In this document: in pieces, positions 1 through 9,193 of the stretch
Position numbering within the stretch: the stretch's first letter is position 1
How the letters are laid out: every line of letters begins with the position of its first letter
Assembly (NCBI GenBank): GCA_963668175.1
Contig: OY764159.1
Location: 3,936,001 to 4,000,000, forward strand
Direction: 5' to 3'
Length of the DNA: 64,000 nucleotides
Source: Syntrophales bacterium
GTDB lineage: Bacteria; Desulfobacterota; Syntrophia; Syntrophales; PHBD01
Position numbers and translations under genes: made by a program
Notes under the pieces: model-generated
What the model was told of the DNA's origin: nothing
The model's input: the letters and a program-made list of their open reading frames with translations, nothing else
The model's database searches: none

Positions 1-1424
1 CCACGGTTGATATCGGATTCGTCGCACAGGACTTCATTTAAGCGCTCATTGAATTCGGCAAGCGTCCTTTCCAGATCGTTCGGAAAGAGCACCGATATGA
101 GATCGGCGAGGTCCGCCGCCAATCCTTTCCGGATGGCATCCTTGGCGCGGGCCTTGATATTGCGGGCATTCATCAGGAAAAAGAAGAGGGTGACATAGGC
201 GGCCTTCAGGGTCTCTCTATGGGAGGCCCCGGGCGAATCGATGCAGAGCCGGTTAAGGTCTTTTAAGACAGTCCTTATGCAGCCGAGGAAACTGGGATAG
301 AGCAACGCGTATTGCTTGCGATTGATCAGGTCCGCCAAGTCGGCGATATTCTCCTCGACGCCGTTGATGCTTTTCTCCAGAAGGGCCGCTAAATTCCCGA
401 AGGATCCTTTCGCCTCGTAAACCGCCTTTCGCCAGTTATAACATGTATCGACCACGGTCCGGAGGGTATCGGTGCGGCTGTGATAGCAGACGGCCTCGGG
501 CACGTAGCGCGTTTTATAACCTTTCGACAGAAGCAGTTTGGAGATATAGACGTCCTCCGTGTTGGTCTTGAGGATATCCCAGTACCCGCCCGCTTCTTTC
601 AGGGCTTTGACGGCAAAGACCGTATTGCTGCCGAAGAGGATAACATCGTCCAGACACTTGTCGCCGTGATCCTGGGGCATCCGGACCTGCCGCCAGCGGT
701 CGACAACCGTCACCGTATTCTTTTCGATGAGTCTGCCGCCGACCCCGGCAATGCCCTCCCGGTCAAAAGCGAGCATCAGCCTCTCCAGCCAGAACGGATC
801 GGGAACGGCATCGGTGTCCACCGTTGCGAGAAACGCCCCCTTGGCTGTATGGAGGGCCGTGTTCCTTGCCGCGGCGAGCCCCTTGTTTCCGTCATGGGAT
901 ACAATAACCACGGGATACTTCTCGGCGATGGAGATTGAGCGGTCTGTGGAACCGTCATCGATGATCAGGATCTCCTCAATGGGATAGCTTTGTGCGAGGA
1001 TACCGTCAAGGGCTGCGGCAATGTACTTTTCGACATTATAACAGGGCAGATAGAAAGTGACGGAACGGCGGGGGCAGGTTCTTTCCAGTTCCGCGATGCG
1101 TTGTGTAATGGATTCTTCGCCCGGACGCCGGCTGGCCATTTGCTTAAGCAGAGCGACCTCCGAATAACGGAGCCCCAGCCGGCCGTAAAGCTTCTGCAAG
1201 GCCCGGTATGCCGGATCGAAATCAGGATCTGCGGCAATGGCTTGTCGGTAGTTGCGTATGGCCCATTCATGGAGACCTAAATCATGCAGAATGTCCGCAT
1301 GGGCGGTCAGACCTTCGGCGACCGCCCCTCTTCCGATCCGCTGTTCCGCCGCGCGGTACGCCGCCAGGAAGCCGTCGATCTCTTTTTGATGGCAGGAAGT
1401 GAAGCAGTCGTCATGGATCATCAT
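1..1424 (-). CDS. TPR-like N-terminus plus GT2 glycosyltransferase; partial, runs off the window start and is missing from the ORF track
   Basis: Manual translation gives MMIHDDCF...IRNYRQAIAADPDFDPAYRAL (TPR-like), then SVTFYLPCYNVEKYIAAALDGILAQSYPIEEILIIDDGSTD...NKGLAAARN...TVDTD, which are GT2 motifs. No stop before base 1. An alternative TTG start lies at 1502. Confidence 0.85.
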   Translation of the reverse strand, partial: MMIHDDCFTSCHQKEIDGFLAAYRAAEQRIGRGAVAEGLTAHADILHDLGLHEWAIRNYRQAIAADPDFDPAYRALQKLYGRLGLRYSEVALLKQMASRRPGEESITQRIAELERTCPRRSVTFYLPCYNVEKYIAAALDGILAQSYPIEEILIIDDGSTDRSISIAEKYPVVIVSHDGNKGLAAARNTALHTAKGAFLATVDTDAVPDPFWLERLMLAFDREGIAGVGGRLIEKNTVTVVDRWRQVRMPQDHGDKCLDDVILFGSNTVFAVKALKEAGGYWDILKTNTEDVYISKLLLSKGYKTRYVPEAVCYHSRTDTLRTVVDTCYNWRKAVYEAKGSFGNLAALLEKSINGVEENIADLADLINRKQYALLYPSFLGCIRTVLKDLNRLCIDSPGASHRETLKAAYVTLFFFLMNARNIKARAKDAIRKGLAADLADLISVLFPNDLERTLAEFNERLNEVLCDESDINR

Positions 1425-1498
1425 ACGGATGCCGTCTTGTGAATATTGCGGCCGCTTTTCTGCATGCTGCTTGTTCTTTCCAGCCGCGGAGATACTTA

Positions 1499-2650
1499 TC
1501 AAGCCAGGATGGCGTAAAAACGCTTTCCCGTCTCCTGCCAGGTCATTCTTCGCAGGTCTTCACCCGCACGTTCGCCGATCTTCCGCAGGGCATCCCTGTG
1601 ATGGTAGGCCCAATCCAGTTTCGCGACCGCTTCCTCCAGGTCCGGTTCATCCCAGGTGGCGACATTCTGTTCGTTATTGGCAATCGTGATGCTTCTCAGA
1701 TTCGCCAGTTTCAGACAGTTGTCGTCCGTCATAACATCCTTATGACCGCTTGAAAAGGAGGCGATGACGGGCTTCCCGCAGGCCATGTACTCCATCATGA
1801 CCAGGTTGGTTCCCCCTTCGCACCGGTTCGGAAACAGACCGATGTCCGTATTTTTATAGAGGCGCGGCATCATGATATTCGGGTACAGCGGCAGCGTGAT
1901 GACCCGGCCGATGTCGATGCCGTTGTCGCCGAGTATTTGGTTGATCAATGCTATGTAATCGTCCGCCGCCGGCGAAAACCGGATATGGGGGGAAGCAGCC
2001 ATCGTATGCATGCTCGCCGGCCACTGATTGAACCAGCTGTTGACCAGAACGGTGTCCTTGTAGCGGTCCTGCAGAACTTTGTAAGCGCGGATGACGATGT
2101 CCTGCCCTTTCCTCAATTCGAATTTGCCGCCGGAAAAGACGACAAAGTGATCCCGTAGATACTCTTTCTCATTATAAAGAGGGTTGAAGATCGTCGGGTC
2201 GATGCCCTGGATGACCGTGGTCACATGCCGAAGACCGTAGCTTCTTAAAACTTCCTCGCACCAACCGGAACCGGTAACCACCGTATCGAAGAACTTGACG
2301 CTGTTTTCGATGTACGAAGCGGACAGGATGTTGTTCTCGAAGAACGTGTAACCGACGTTGTTCGTGCCTCGCAGGCGGGGATAGTTGGAAGACCCGGTGA
2401 TGTTGTTGATGGCCTGGAGTACGGGATAATCGACTTCCAGGGGTTGACCGGAAGTGATCCACTGCTGCTCCCGGTCGGATACGAGCGTCCGCTGAAGAAG
2501 CCGAAAGTCCAGTTCGTCCCCTATGGCGTTCATATCGAAGCCCTCGGTGACGAGGCGGACTTCGGTTATTCTCGACAATTCCTTGACGATATACTTCCCG
2601 CAAACGCCCCAACCGTGAAAGCTTCCCGTGGGAAGAGCAGCAAGAATCAT
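1499..2650 (-). CDS. GT4 (GT-B) glycosyltransferase
   Basis: GKFELRKGQD and NRCEGGTNLVMMEYMACGKPVIAS (EX7E-type GT4 motif). Confidence 0.85.
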   Translation of the reverse strand: MILAALPTGSFHGWGVCGKYIVKELSRITEVRLVTEGFDMNAIGDELDFRLLQRTLVSDREQQWITSGQPLEVDYPVLQAINNITGSSNYPRLRGTNNVGYTFFENNILSASYIENSVKFFDTVVTGSGWCEEVLRSYGLRHVTTVIQGIDPTIFNPLYNEKEYLRDHFVVFSGGKFELRKGQDIVIRAYKVLQDRYKDTVLVNSWFNQWPASMHTMAASPHIRFSPAADDYIALINQILGDNGIDIGRVITLPLYPNIMMPRLYKNTDIGLFPNRCEGGTNLVMMEYMACGKPVIASFSSGHKDVMTDDNCLKLANLRSITIANNEQNVATWDEPDLEEAVAKLDWAYHHRDALRKIGERAGEDLRRMTWQETGKRFYAILA

Positions 2651-2686
2651 AAGGCACCCGGTTCAGTTATGGATGACGGTTTAGTG

Positions 2687-3394
2687 CTAAGCATCCTTCT
2701 TCTCCGCAACGATAATATACTGGAACGTGAAAAACATGCCGGCTTCCTCCCTCGAAACGTTGCGAATGAGCACCTTGCCGTAATCCAGGTCTTTAGGCCA
2801 TTCCTCATCGTCGATCCGGCCCTGTATCACGCTTGTGCAAGCGAGAATCCGGAATCCTCCGCACTCGAACATCCTCTGTATCTCAGGAAGCGTGAAAAAC
2901 CTGATATGGGTCGCATCGAGAAGCCCGAACGGGGTGTATGTCCACTTGCCTCCGATCAGGTTCAGGACAACCGAGAGATTCTGGACATTCGGGACGCTGG
3001 CAATGATCCTGCCCGCCGTCTTCAGGCGATCGCGCAGGAAGTTAAGGACCTTCCAAGGGTCGTAGAGGTGCTCCAAAACGTCGTTGCAGATAATGAGATC
3101 GAATGTTCCTCCGGGGAGATCGGCGTCATCCGGCATCATTTTTTCGATATCGCCGCAAATCACGCGGTCCAGGCATGCCCGGGCCTTTTCTGCGGCGCCG
3201 TCGTCGATTTCCACACCTACATACATGACCCCCGGATATTTCTGTTTGATAGCGCGGCCCGTGGCGCCGGCGGCACAGCCGATCTCCAAAACCCTTTCCG
3301 GCGGCCGTTCGATCAGGGCGATGACTTCCATCCGGGGTTGGTCGTCATATTTCTGTGCGTGATCCAGTTTCAAGGGTGTGTAGTAATCGTTCAT
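2687..3394 (-). CDS. Class I SAM-dependent methyltransferase
   Basis: VLEIGCAAG, DLIICNDVLEHLYDP, GLLDATHIRFFT. Start is probably MNDYY at 3394; the track gives GTG at 3460. Confidence 0.85.
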   Translation of the reverse strand: MNDYYTPLKLDHAQKYDDQPRMEVIALIERPPERVLEIGCAAGATGRAIKQKYPGVMYVGVEIDDGAAEKARACLDRVICGDIEKMMPDDADLPGGTFDLIICNDVLEHLYDPWKVLNFLRDRLKTAGRIIASVPNVQNLSVVLNLIGGKWTYTPFGLLDATHIRFFTLPEIQRMFECGGFRILACTSVIQGRIDDEEWPKDLDYGKVLIRNVSREEAGMFFTFQYIIVAEKKDA

Positions 3395-3456
3395 CGCTGT
3401 CGTTTCCTGTTTTCCTATATCCGGGTTGTCCAAACTGCGGCAGGACGTCCCTAATA

Positions 3457-4986
3457 TCACGTTTGATAGCGCAAGGCCTCCCGGAAATATTGCATGTGTT
3501 TGTCAAAACGTCCCTGCTGCAGATAGACCGTGGCCAGATTGTGATAAGCCGCTGTATGATCGAAACGGAGGTCAATGGTCCGCAGGTAGCATCGGACGGC
3601 CTTTCCCAGATCGCCCGTTTCCTGGAACGCGTTGCCTAGATTGAAGTAGGCATCGGCGTAACCCGGATCGAGATCAATGGCCGTCTGATAAGCGGCGATC
3701 GCCTGCCCGATTTCCCCTCGCTCCCGCAAGGCAATGCCGAGGTTGTTATACACGCGGGCATCGGGATATCCCATCTCCAGCGCCTTTCTGTAACAGAGGA
3801 TCGCCTGATCGATCTGTCCGGTTCTCGACAAGAGTATCCCGAACTCGAGATAGGATGCCGCATCGGCCGTCCCCTGTTCCAGGGCGTCGCGGTCGCGGGC
3901 TATCGTCTCAAGCTCCTGGTCGGCTTTTCCGCGTCTTATGTCGTACTCCCGAATGCATTTTCTGCTGCGCTCGTTTGGAGCGGCAAGGATCTTCGAAATC
4001 ATATCAGCAACGCGATGGCCATACGTATGCTTGGTCAGGACTTCCCGCCGGCCGGCTTGAGCTATCCGTTCCCGCTCTTCCTCATGCTTCAGATAGTATT
4101 CCGCCAGGGCCATCATTTCGTCATCCGAACGGTAGTAGACCAGATGCTCCCTATCGGCAAACAAGTCCTCCAGGCCGCTTCCCGATATGCTGTCGGTAAG
4201 GAGCAGACTCCCCGTCGCCATCGCTTCGAAGATTCTCATATTGATTTCACTCACCGTCGAGACATTGAAGACAATCTTCGATTCCGAATAGACCTCGGCC
4301 ATACGCTCTCCGAAACAGCGCTCGTAATGCACATCGAAGCGTGTCCGCAATTTTCCGATCATCTCTTCGCGCTTCGGATTCAAGGTGCCGACAAAGCCGA
4401 TGTCGTAACGCTTGGTATCCGATTTCCTGTTGTGGATCTCCGGGTCGCAAGCGTGGGGCAGCCAGTATACGTTTTCCGCACCCGCCCGCCTGTACCTTTC
4501 CACTTCGGCCTTTTGGGAGACAAAGACATGGTCGAAGTGTTTTGCCATCTCGATTTTGAGTTCCGGGAGATACTGGGGGTCCAGAAGAAAGCAGGCCGTA
4601 GGACAGGGCAGGGTCTTCAGTCCCGCCATCAAGAACCAGTAAAAATTATCGGTCCAGAAAAACAGGTCCGGCATCCAGGGGAGTCTGCGCAAAACGTCGT
4701 CGAGTTCCGGTTTGTCGTAGGGTATATCGGCATGGACCTTGTTGTCGGGAAAGACATCCGCGTCATCGCCGTCTCCGACAGGCAAAAAATTCAAAGACGC
4801 ATAGACGGACCTGGGAAGATCGGGACCATAGGTAATCAGATCATGATCCCGGCGCAGGACCTTCTCGTAAAAGGACCCGTGCGCCGATGTCGACGTCTCG
4901 GGAATGAAGGTCCGGGCGAATAATACCTTCAAACGCGCCGTACCGTTTTTTCCGTTAAGCAGAGCGGCTTTCTCATTTGGGTTCAT
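3457..4986 (-). CDS. CgeB-like glycosyltransferase with C-terminal TPRs
   Basis: WLPHACDPEIH, DIGFVG, NMRIFEAMATGSLLLTD, ERERIAQAGRREVLTKHTY, followed by YNNLG/YFNLG TPRs. Confidence 0.8.
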   Translation of the reverse strand: MNPNEKAALLNGKNGTARLKVLFARTFIPETSTSAHGSFYEKVLRRDHDLITYGPDLPRSVYASLNFLPVGDGDDADVFPDNKVHADIPYDKPELDDVLRRLPWMPDLFFWTDNFYWFLMAGLKTLPCPTACFLLDPQYLPELKIEMAKHFDHVFVSQKAEVERYRRAGAENVYWLPHACDPEIHNRKSDTKRYDIGFVGTLNPKREEMIGKLRTRFDVHYERCFGERMAEVYSESKIVFNVSTVSEINMRIFEAMATGSLLLTDSISGSGLEDLFADREHLVYYRSDDEMMALAEYYLKHEEERERIAQAGRREVLTKHTYGHRVADMISKILAAPNERSRKCIREYDIRRGKADQELETIARDRDALEQGTADAASYLEFGILLSRTGQIDQAILCYRKALEMGYPDARVYNNLGIALRERGEIGQAIAAYQTAIDLDPGYADAYFNLGNAFQETGDLGKAVRCYLRTIDLRFDHTAAYHNLATVYLQQGRFDKHMQYFREALRYQT

Positions 4987-6013
4987 AAAAGGTTCTTCCC
5001 AATCGGTCCAGAAGATACATCGCCCTTTTTTCGGTCAAATGAAACCTGATCAAATGATCGAGGCCCTGTTCGATGATCCGGTCGGCCTCTATCCGTCCTT
5101 CCAGGACCGTATCGATGGCTTCGAGCATTTCGTCGAGCGTTGCAAAACGGATGATATGCTTTCCCTGCTCAAAATCATTGGGGATAAACAGCGGCATTTT
5201 CTGGGCGATATGGACGGCCTGGCACGCGGCATTTTCCCAAAAACGGAACGTATCATAGCCATCGCCGCGCAGACTCAAAACGACCCGGCATTTCTGGATG
5301 TTCCTGTAATAATCCTGGCGGTTCAGCCTGCCGTCGGGTGATGGATTGTTCGCAGAAGGGACGGCAGATGTCTGGAGCAGACAGTCGGGATATCGCCGGG
5401 ACAGGATATCCAGAATGCCGCCCCGGCTTTCGCCGTGAAAGAATTCCCGGTCGCTCCCCAAAAATCCCACAGAGTAGACTTTTTCCTGATCCCGGAACGA
5501 TTGGATCCATTCCCACAGTTCCCTGGGCAGGGCCATCGGCAGCGGGATGGAATATTCCGAGCCGTCCGTCTCTCTCCTGCAAACCGCGTACGGTCCGGGC
5601 GGGATGTAAAAGGGGTAATCCTCTCCATCCACGAGGACCAGGCCCGGCGGTAACGGATAAGATTCATCCTGAAACAGGGGGATGGTCCGTATTCCTCCGA
5701 AACCTATCTGTGCATAGACGTCGTTCACTTCCCTCAGGACCTTCAAGGTCAAGCGGGAATCGCAAATGACATACTGGAAATAACGATTTCTCACTTTTTG
5801 CAGGATATCGTCCCTATCGATGGTCCCTTCGTCGGGAGGGAACATATTGGGACAAAGCTGGTCATCCGGGGCAATGCCGAAAAGTTCACCCCGATAAAGG
5901 CTGTCTTTCCGGGGATAATCGACGACGCTCGGCCCCAGCAGCTTCCGCAAACCATGCATGAGAAGATCCGGGACGTAATTCGGATAAGGATGGGTCAAAA
6001 ACAGGATATTCAA
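4973..6013 (-). CDS. GT-B-type glycosyltransferase-like protein
   Basis: LSLRGDGYDTFRFWENAAC motif; translationally coupled within the GT run. Confidence 0.65.
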   Translation of the reverse strand: MNILFLTHPYPNYVPDLLMHGLRKLLGPSVVDYPRKDSLYRGELFGIAPDDQLCPNMFPPDEGTIDRDDILQKVRNRYFQYVICDSRLTLKVLREVNDVYAQIGFGGIRTIPLFQDESYPLPPGLVLVDGEDYPFYIPPGPYAVCRRETDGSEYSIPLPMALPRELWEWIQSFRDQEKVYSVGFLGSDREFFHGESRGGILDILSRRYPDCLLQTSAVPSANNPSPDGRLNRQDYYRNIQKCRVVLSLRGDGYDTFRFWENAACQAVHIAQKMPLFIPNDFEQGKHIIRFATLDEMLEAIDTVLEGRIEADRIIEQGLDHLIRFHLTEKRAMYLLDRLGRTFYEPK

Positions 6014-7458
6014 TGTATGTCTCGCATATCGATTGTCGGTTTTCTGCAGATGAAGGCCCAGTATTCTTCCGCGCCGGCCGGTGAATCAAAATTGAGATTG
6101 ATCGCTTCAAGCAGCATGAATCCCGCCCGGCCGATAAGGGAGGCCCACATTTCTTTGCTCATGATACTGTAATGGTTGATGTTCGATTCATGACGGCCCG
6201 TCGTGCCGGGAGCCGGCATTTCCAGATAGAGATACCCCCCGGAATCCAGTACCCGGAAGAATTCCGACAGGGTGAAGAAGGGAAACAGGCTGTGTTCGAT
6301 ACAGTGCCTGACCCAGACGAAGTCGAACGACCCATCGGGAAACATGAGGAATGACTGGTCCATTTTGAGGACGTGGTGGTCGCGGGCGCGGCACACCTTG
6401 ATATCCTCATCGCTGATGGTGATACCCGTCGCCCGATGTCCTTTTTCGCGAAACAGATCGAGGGCCACACCCGGTCCGCATCCCACATCCAGTATTCTCG
6501 CCGGAGCCGTCAGGGAATAGCGGCCGAAGAATTCGTTCACCATCTGAACCGTGATCTGTGTATGTTCGACCGTGACGGGTTCCGCATAGGATTGTTCCTG
6601 AACTCTGGCGATAAAATCGAGCAGCCTTTCCACGCCTATCGCCGGGAATACATCGGGATCCGTGCGTTTCCCGGGCGACGGGTCCGCCGGCTGAACAGGT
6701 TTGGGCCTTACCGAGGCATCTGCCCCGTCAATAACCCTCCGCCACTTCTGAACGAACTTATCCCGGTTGGAAAGGAGGATGTCGTTCCGATACAACGTCC
6801 GCCCAAAATAATGAATGGGCGTGTCGCCCTCGGATTGGGATATGCCCCAGTGGTGTTCGAAATCGGTCACCGGCACCGCATAACAGGCGAGTCCCGCCCT
6901 TTTCAACTGCAATCCCATATCCCACTCTTCGAAGAAACACGGGCTGTATCGGACATCGAACGTCAATCCGTTCTCCAGGAACCTCTCCAGATGGATGGCG
7001 AAAAAGAAACCGGAAACACCGTCGCAGGATATCGGCTCCGCGAAGTTCCCCTTCTGAAAGTAGCGGATGTCGCAGAGATGCCGATAATCGATCCACGACC
7101 CCTGCGGGCCCACAATCACCGCCCGGTCCAGCGAGAAGAGGTACTTTTCCAGTTCGGGAATGGCGGCGGGTCCGATTTTGAGGTCGGAATTCATGATGTA
7201 GACCGCCTTGCCTTCCGCCATATCGATGCCCATATTCCACGACCTGCTCACCCCGGCGTTCAGATTGTTGAAACAATACTTGTCGATCCGGGGATGGTCT
7301 TTCAAGGCTTCATAAACCTCCCGGCTGTTGAAAATGCAGATGACCTCCCCCGACACGGCTTCCAGGTCTGTAAGAAGGGTCCGGATGTTATACGGGCTGT
7401 GGGGCGAGAAATCGATGATGGGAATGACGACGCTTCTTGGTATTTGTTCAGACTGCAA
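6010..7458 (-). CDS. GT2 glycosyltransferase fused to a SAM methyltransferase
   Basis: N-half has NAGVSRSWNMG, IMNSD and FFEEWD. C-half has ILDVGCGPG and FDFVWVRHCIEHS. TTG start with GAGG RBS. Confidence 0.85.
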   Translation of the reverse strand: MQSEQIPRSVVIPIIDFSPHSPYNIRTLLTDLEAVSGEVICIFNSREVYEALKDHPRIDKYCFNNLNAGVSRSWNMGIDMAEGKAVYIMNSDLKIGPAAIPELEKYLFSLDRAVIVGPQGSWIDYRHLCDIRYFQKGNFAEPISCDGVSGFFFAIHLERFLENGLTFDVRYSPCFFEEWDMGLQLKRAGLACYAVPVTDFEHHWGISQSEGDTPIHYFGRTLYRNDILLSNRDKFVQKWRRVIDGADASVRPKPVQPADPSPGKRTDPDVFPAIGVERLLDFIARVQEQSYAEPVTVEHTQITVQMVNEFFGRYSLTAPARILDVGCGPGVALDLFREKGHRATGITISDEDIKVCRARDHHVLKMDQSFLMFPDGSFDFVWVRHCIEHSLFPFFTLSEFFRVLDSGGYLYLEMPAPGTTGRHESNINHYSIMSKEMWASLIGRAGFMLLEAINLNFDSPAGAEEYWAFICRKPTIDMRDIH

Positions 7459-7564
7459 AAAACACCTCGCGGAAGAAGATTATTTTAGCCCCTCTTTGCC
7501 CTGATCCCTATAACGGCGGAAGCCTGAGACCGGCCGGTTCGGATCTGTATGCAAAAGCTATCAA

Positions 7565-7580
7565 AGCAAGTTGCATGCCG
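7565..7580 (-). promoter_or_regulatory. Sigma54 promoter for the GT/methyltransferase run
   Basis: CGGCAT-GCAAC-TTGCT (GG-N10-GC) in intergenic DNA. Confidence 0.75.
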
Positions 7581-7690
7581 CAGATGGAATTATAACCGGC
7601 ATATAACACGTTTTCGCTTTTTTCACATCATGATAGACGTTTCCAAAAGACCGGGCGCCAAGCCTCCTGCCGACTCAGCTTTGGCTGTTC

Positions 7691-9193
7691 CTATCGGCCC
7701 CGAGACGGCACGGCCAGCTCCGCGGCCACCTCCCCCATTACCGTATCCCACGCTCCAGGCTCTCCCTGACGAAACAACCGCATCGTCGGATACCACGGAC
7801 TGTCTCCCCGTCCCAGCATCCAGCGCCAATCCGGGGCATACGGCAGAAGCGTCCAGACAGCCTTCCCCATCGCTCCCGCCAAATGAACCACCGCCGTGTC
7901 CACAGATATCACCAAATCCAGGTTCCCGACCAGCCCCGCCGTATCGCTGAAATCATTCAACTCGCCCGTGTAATCCAATAACGCCATCCCCTCAGGTGCC
8001 TCCTTCGACTCCCCGGACGCCTCACCCTTCTGCAAACTGTAAAAACGCACTCCCGACACTTTCCCCAACGGACCATACTGCAAAAGCTTCAGCGTCCGGT
8101 AGCGATCCTTCTTGTGCGTCGGTCGACCTGCCCAGGACAATCCTACCTTCAGCCCAGGGCCGTCTCCGGTCAACCGCTCACGCCAATAGCGCAAAGACTC
8201 TTCCGTCCCCCTGATATACGGCACCTCCCCCGGTATCGTCGCAAGTTCCGTCCCGAACATCCCAGGCAAACTCATTATCGGGCATCGATAATCGTACGGC
8301 GGAAGAACCTCGCCTCGCCCATATACCGCCGATATCCCCTCAACCCCCGACAGCAGACGGACCAGCTCCTTCTGGCACTCCACCAACACCTCCGCCCCGC
8401 GATACGACAACTGCCGCGCGTAACGGATGAACTGGATCGTATCCCCGAAGCCCTGCTCCGTATAAACCAGTATCCGCTTCCCTGCTAAATCCTCACCTCG
8501 CCACTCCTGACCGCCGAGATCACGCTTCGCGAAAATCTCCCGCATCTCCCGGCGCCACTCATACTCCTTCCAGCCTTCCGCAAAATTACCCGTCAAAAGC
8601 AGCGCCAAAGACAAATTCCAGTGCGCCTCCGCAAAACCCGGCTTTAATCCGATAGCACGACGGAAATAGGGTATGGCCGCAGCGTCTTCATTATAAGCAT
8701 CCTGCAGGGCATTCCCGTAATTGTAATGGGCTTCGGCCATATTAGGGTCTATGGCGGCGGCCTTTTCATAATGCGCAAGGGCCTCTTGGAACAGCTTCTT
8801 CTCCTTGAACGCGTTGCCCAGGTTATAGAAAGCCCCGGCATCGTCTCCTTTTCCCGCAATGATCTCCCGGAAGCACGAGATGGCTTCGTCGATCCGGCCT
8901 TCCGCGAGGAGAGAATTCCCGAGATTGCCGTATATATCGGCATTTCCTGGCTTATAGATAAGCGCTTTTCGCGAATAGGCGACGGCTTCAGCAAAATTCT
9001 TCTTCTGATAAAAGAGCGCCCCCAAAAGCTGCAAGGCATCGGCGTGCTCCGGTTCATCCTCGAGAATAGCCTTGTAGGCTTCTTCGGCCTGATCGAGTCT
9101 GCCGTCCAGGTGATAGGCAAGGGCCTTTCGCATGCCGTCGAGACCGCCATGCCGGCTGGAGACATTCGCATATTTGGGATAATCATCGTCCAT
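7691..9193 (-). CDS. TPR plus GT-B/GT9-like protein (copy A)
   Basis: TPRs, then YTEQGFGDTIQFIRY, LDLVISVDTAVVHLAGAMGK, DWRW..R.DSPWYPTMRLFRQ. Confidence 0.9.
   Translation of the reverse strand: MDDDYPKYANVSSRHGGLDGMRKALAYHLDGRLDQAEEAYKAILEDEPEHADALQLLGALFYQKKNFAEAVAYSRKALIYKPGNADIYGNLGNSLLAEGRIDEAISCFREIIAGKGDDAGAFYNLGNAFKEKKLFQEALAHYEKAAAIDPNMAEAHYNYGNALQDAYNEDAAAIPYFRRAIGLKPGFAEAHWNLSLALLLTGNFAEGWKEYEWRREMREIFAKRDLGGQEWRGEDLAGKRILVYTEQGFGDTIQFIRYARQLSYRGAEVLVECQKELVRLLSGVEGISAVYGRGEVLPPYDYRCPIMSLPGMFGTELATIPGEVPYIRGTEESLRYWRERLTGDGPGLKVGLSWAGRPTHKKDRYRTLKLLQYGPLGKVSGVRFYSLQKGEASGESKEAPEGMALLDYTGELNDFSDTAGLVGNLDLVISVDTAVVHLAGAMGKAVWTLLPYAPDWRWMLGRGDSPWYPTMRLFRQGEPGAWDTVMGEVAAELAVPSRGR
7713..8662. 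repeat. Near-identical copy of 13941..14890 (offset 6228); its lower part also matches 11567..12366
   Basis: Direct sequence comparison; the protein is nearly identical from RRAIGLKPGFAEAHWN to AAELA. Confidence 0.95.

Noticed and set aside
776..1270. Short minus-strand ORFs of 60 and 101 aa in the track
   Set aside because: They are off-frame; the real gene is the TPR-GT2 frame running from 1424 off the window edge.
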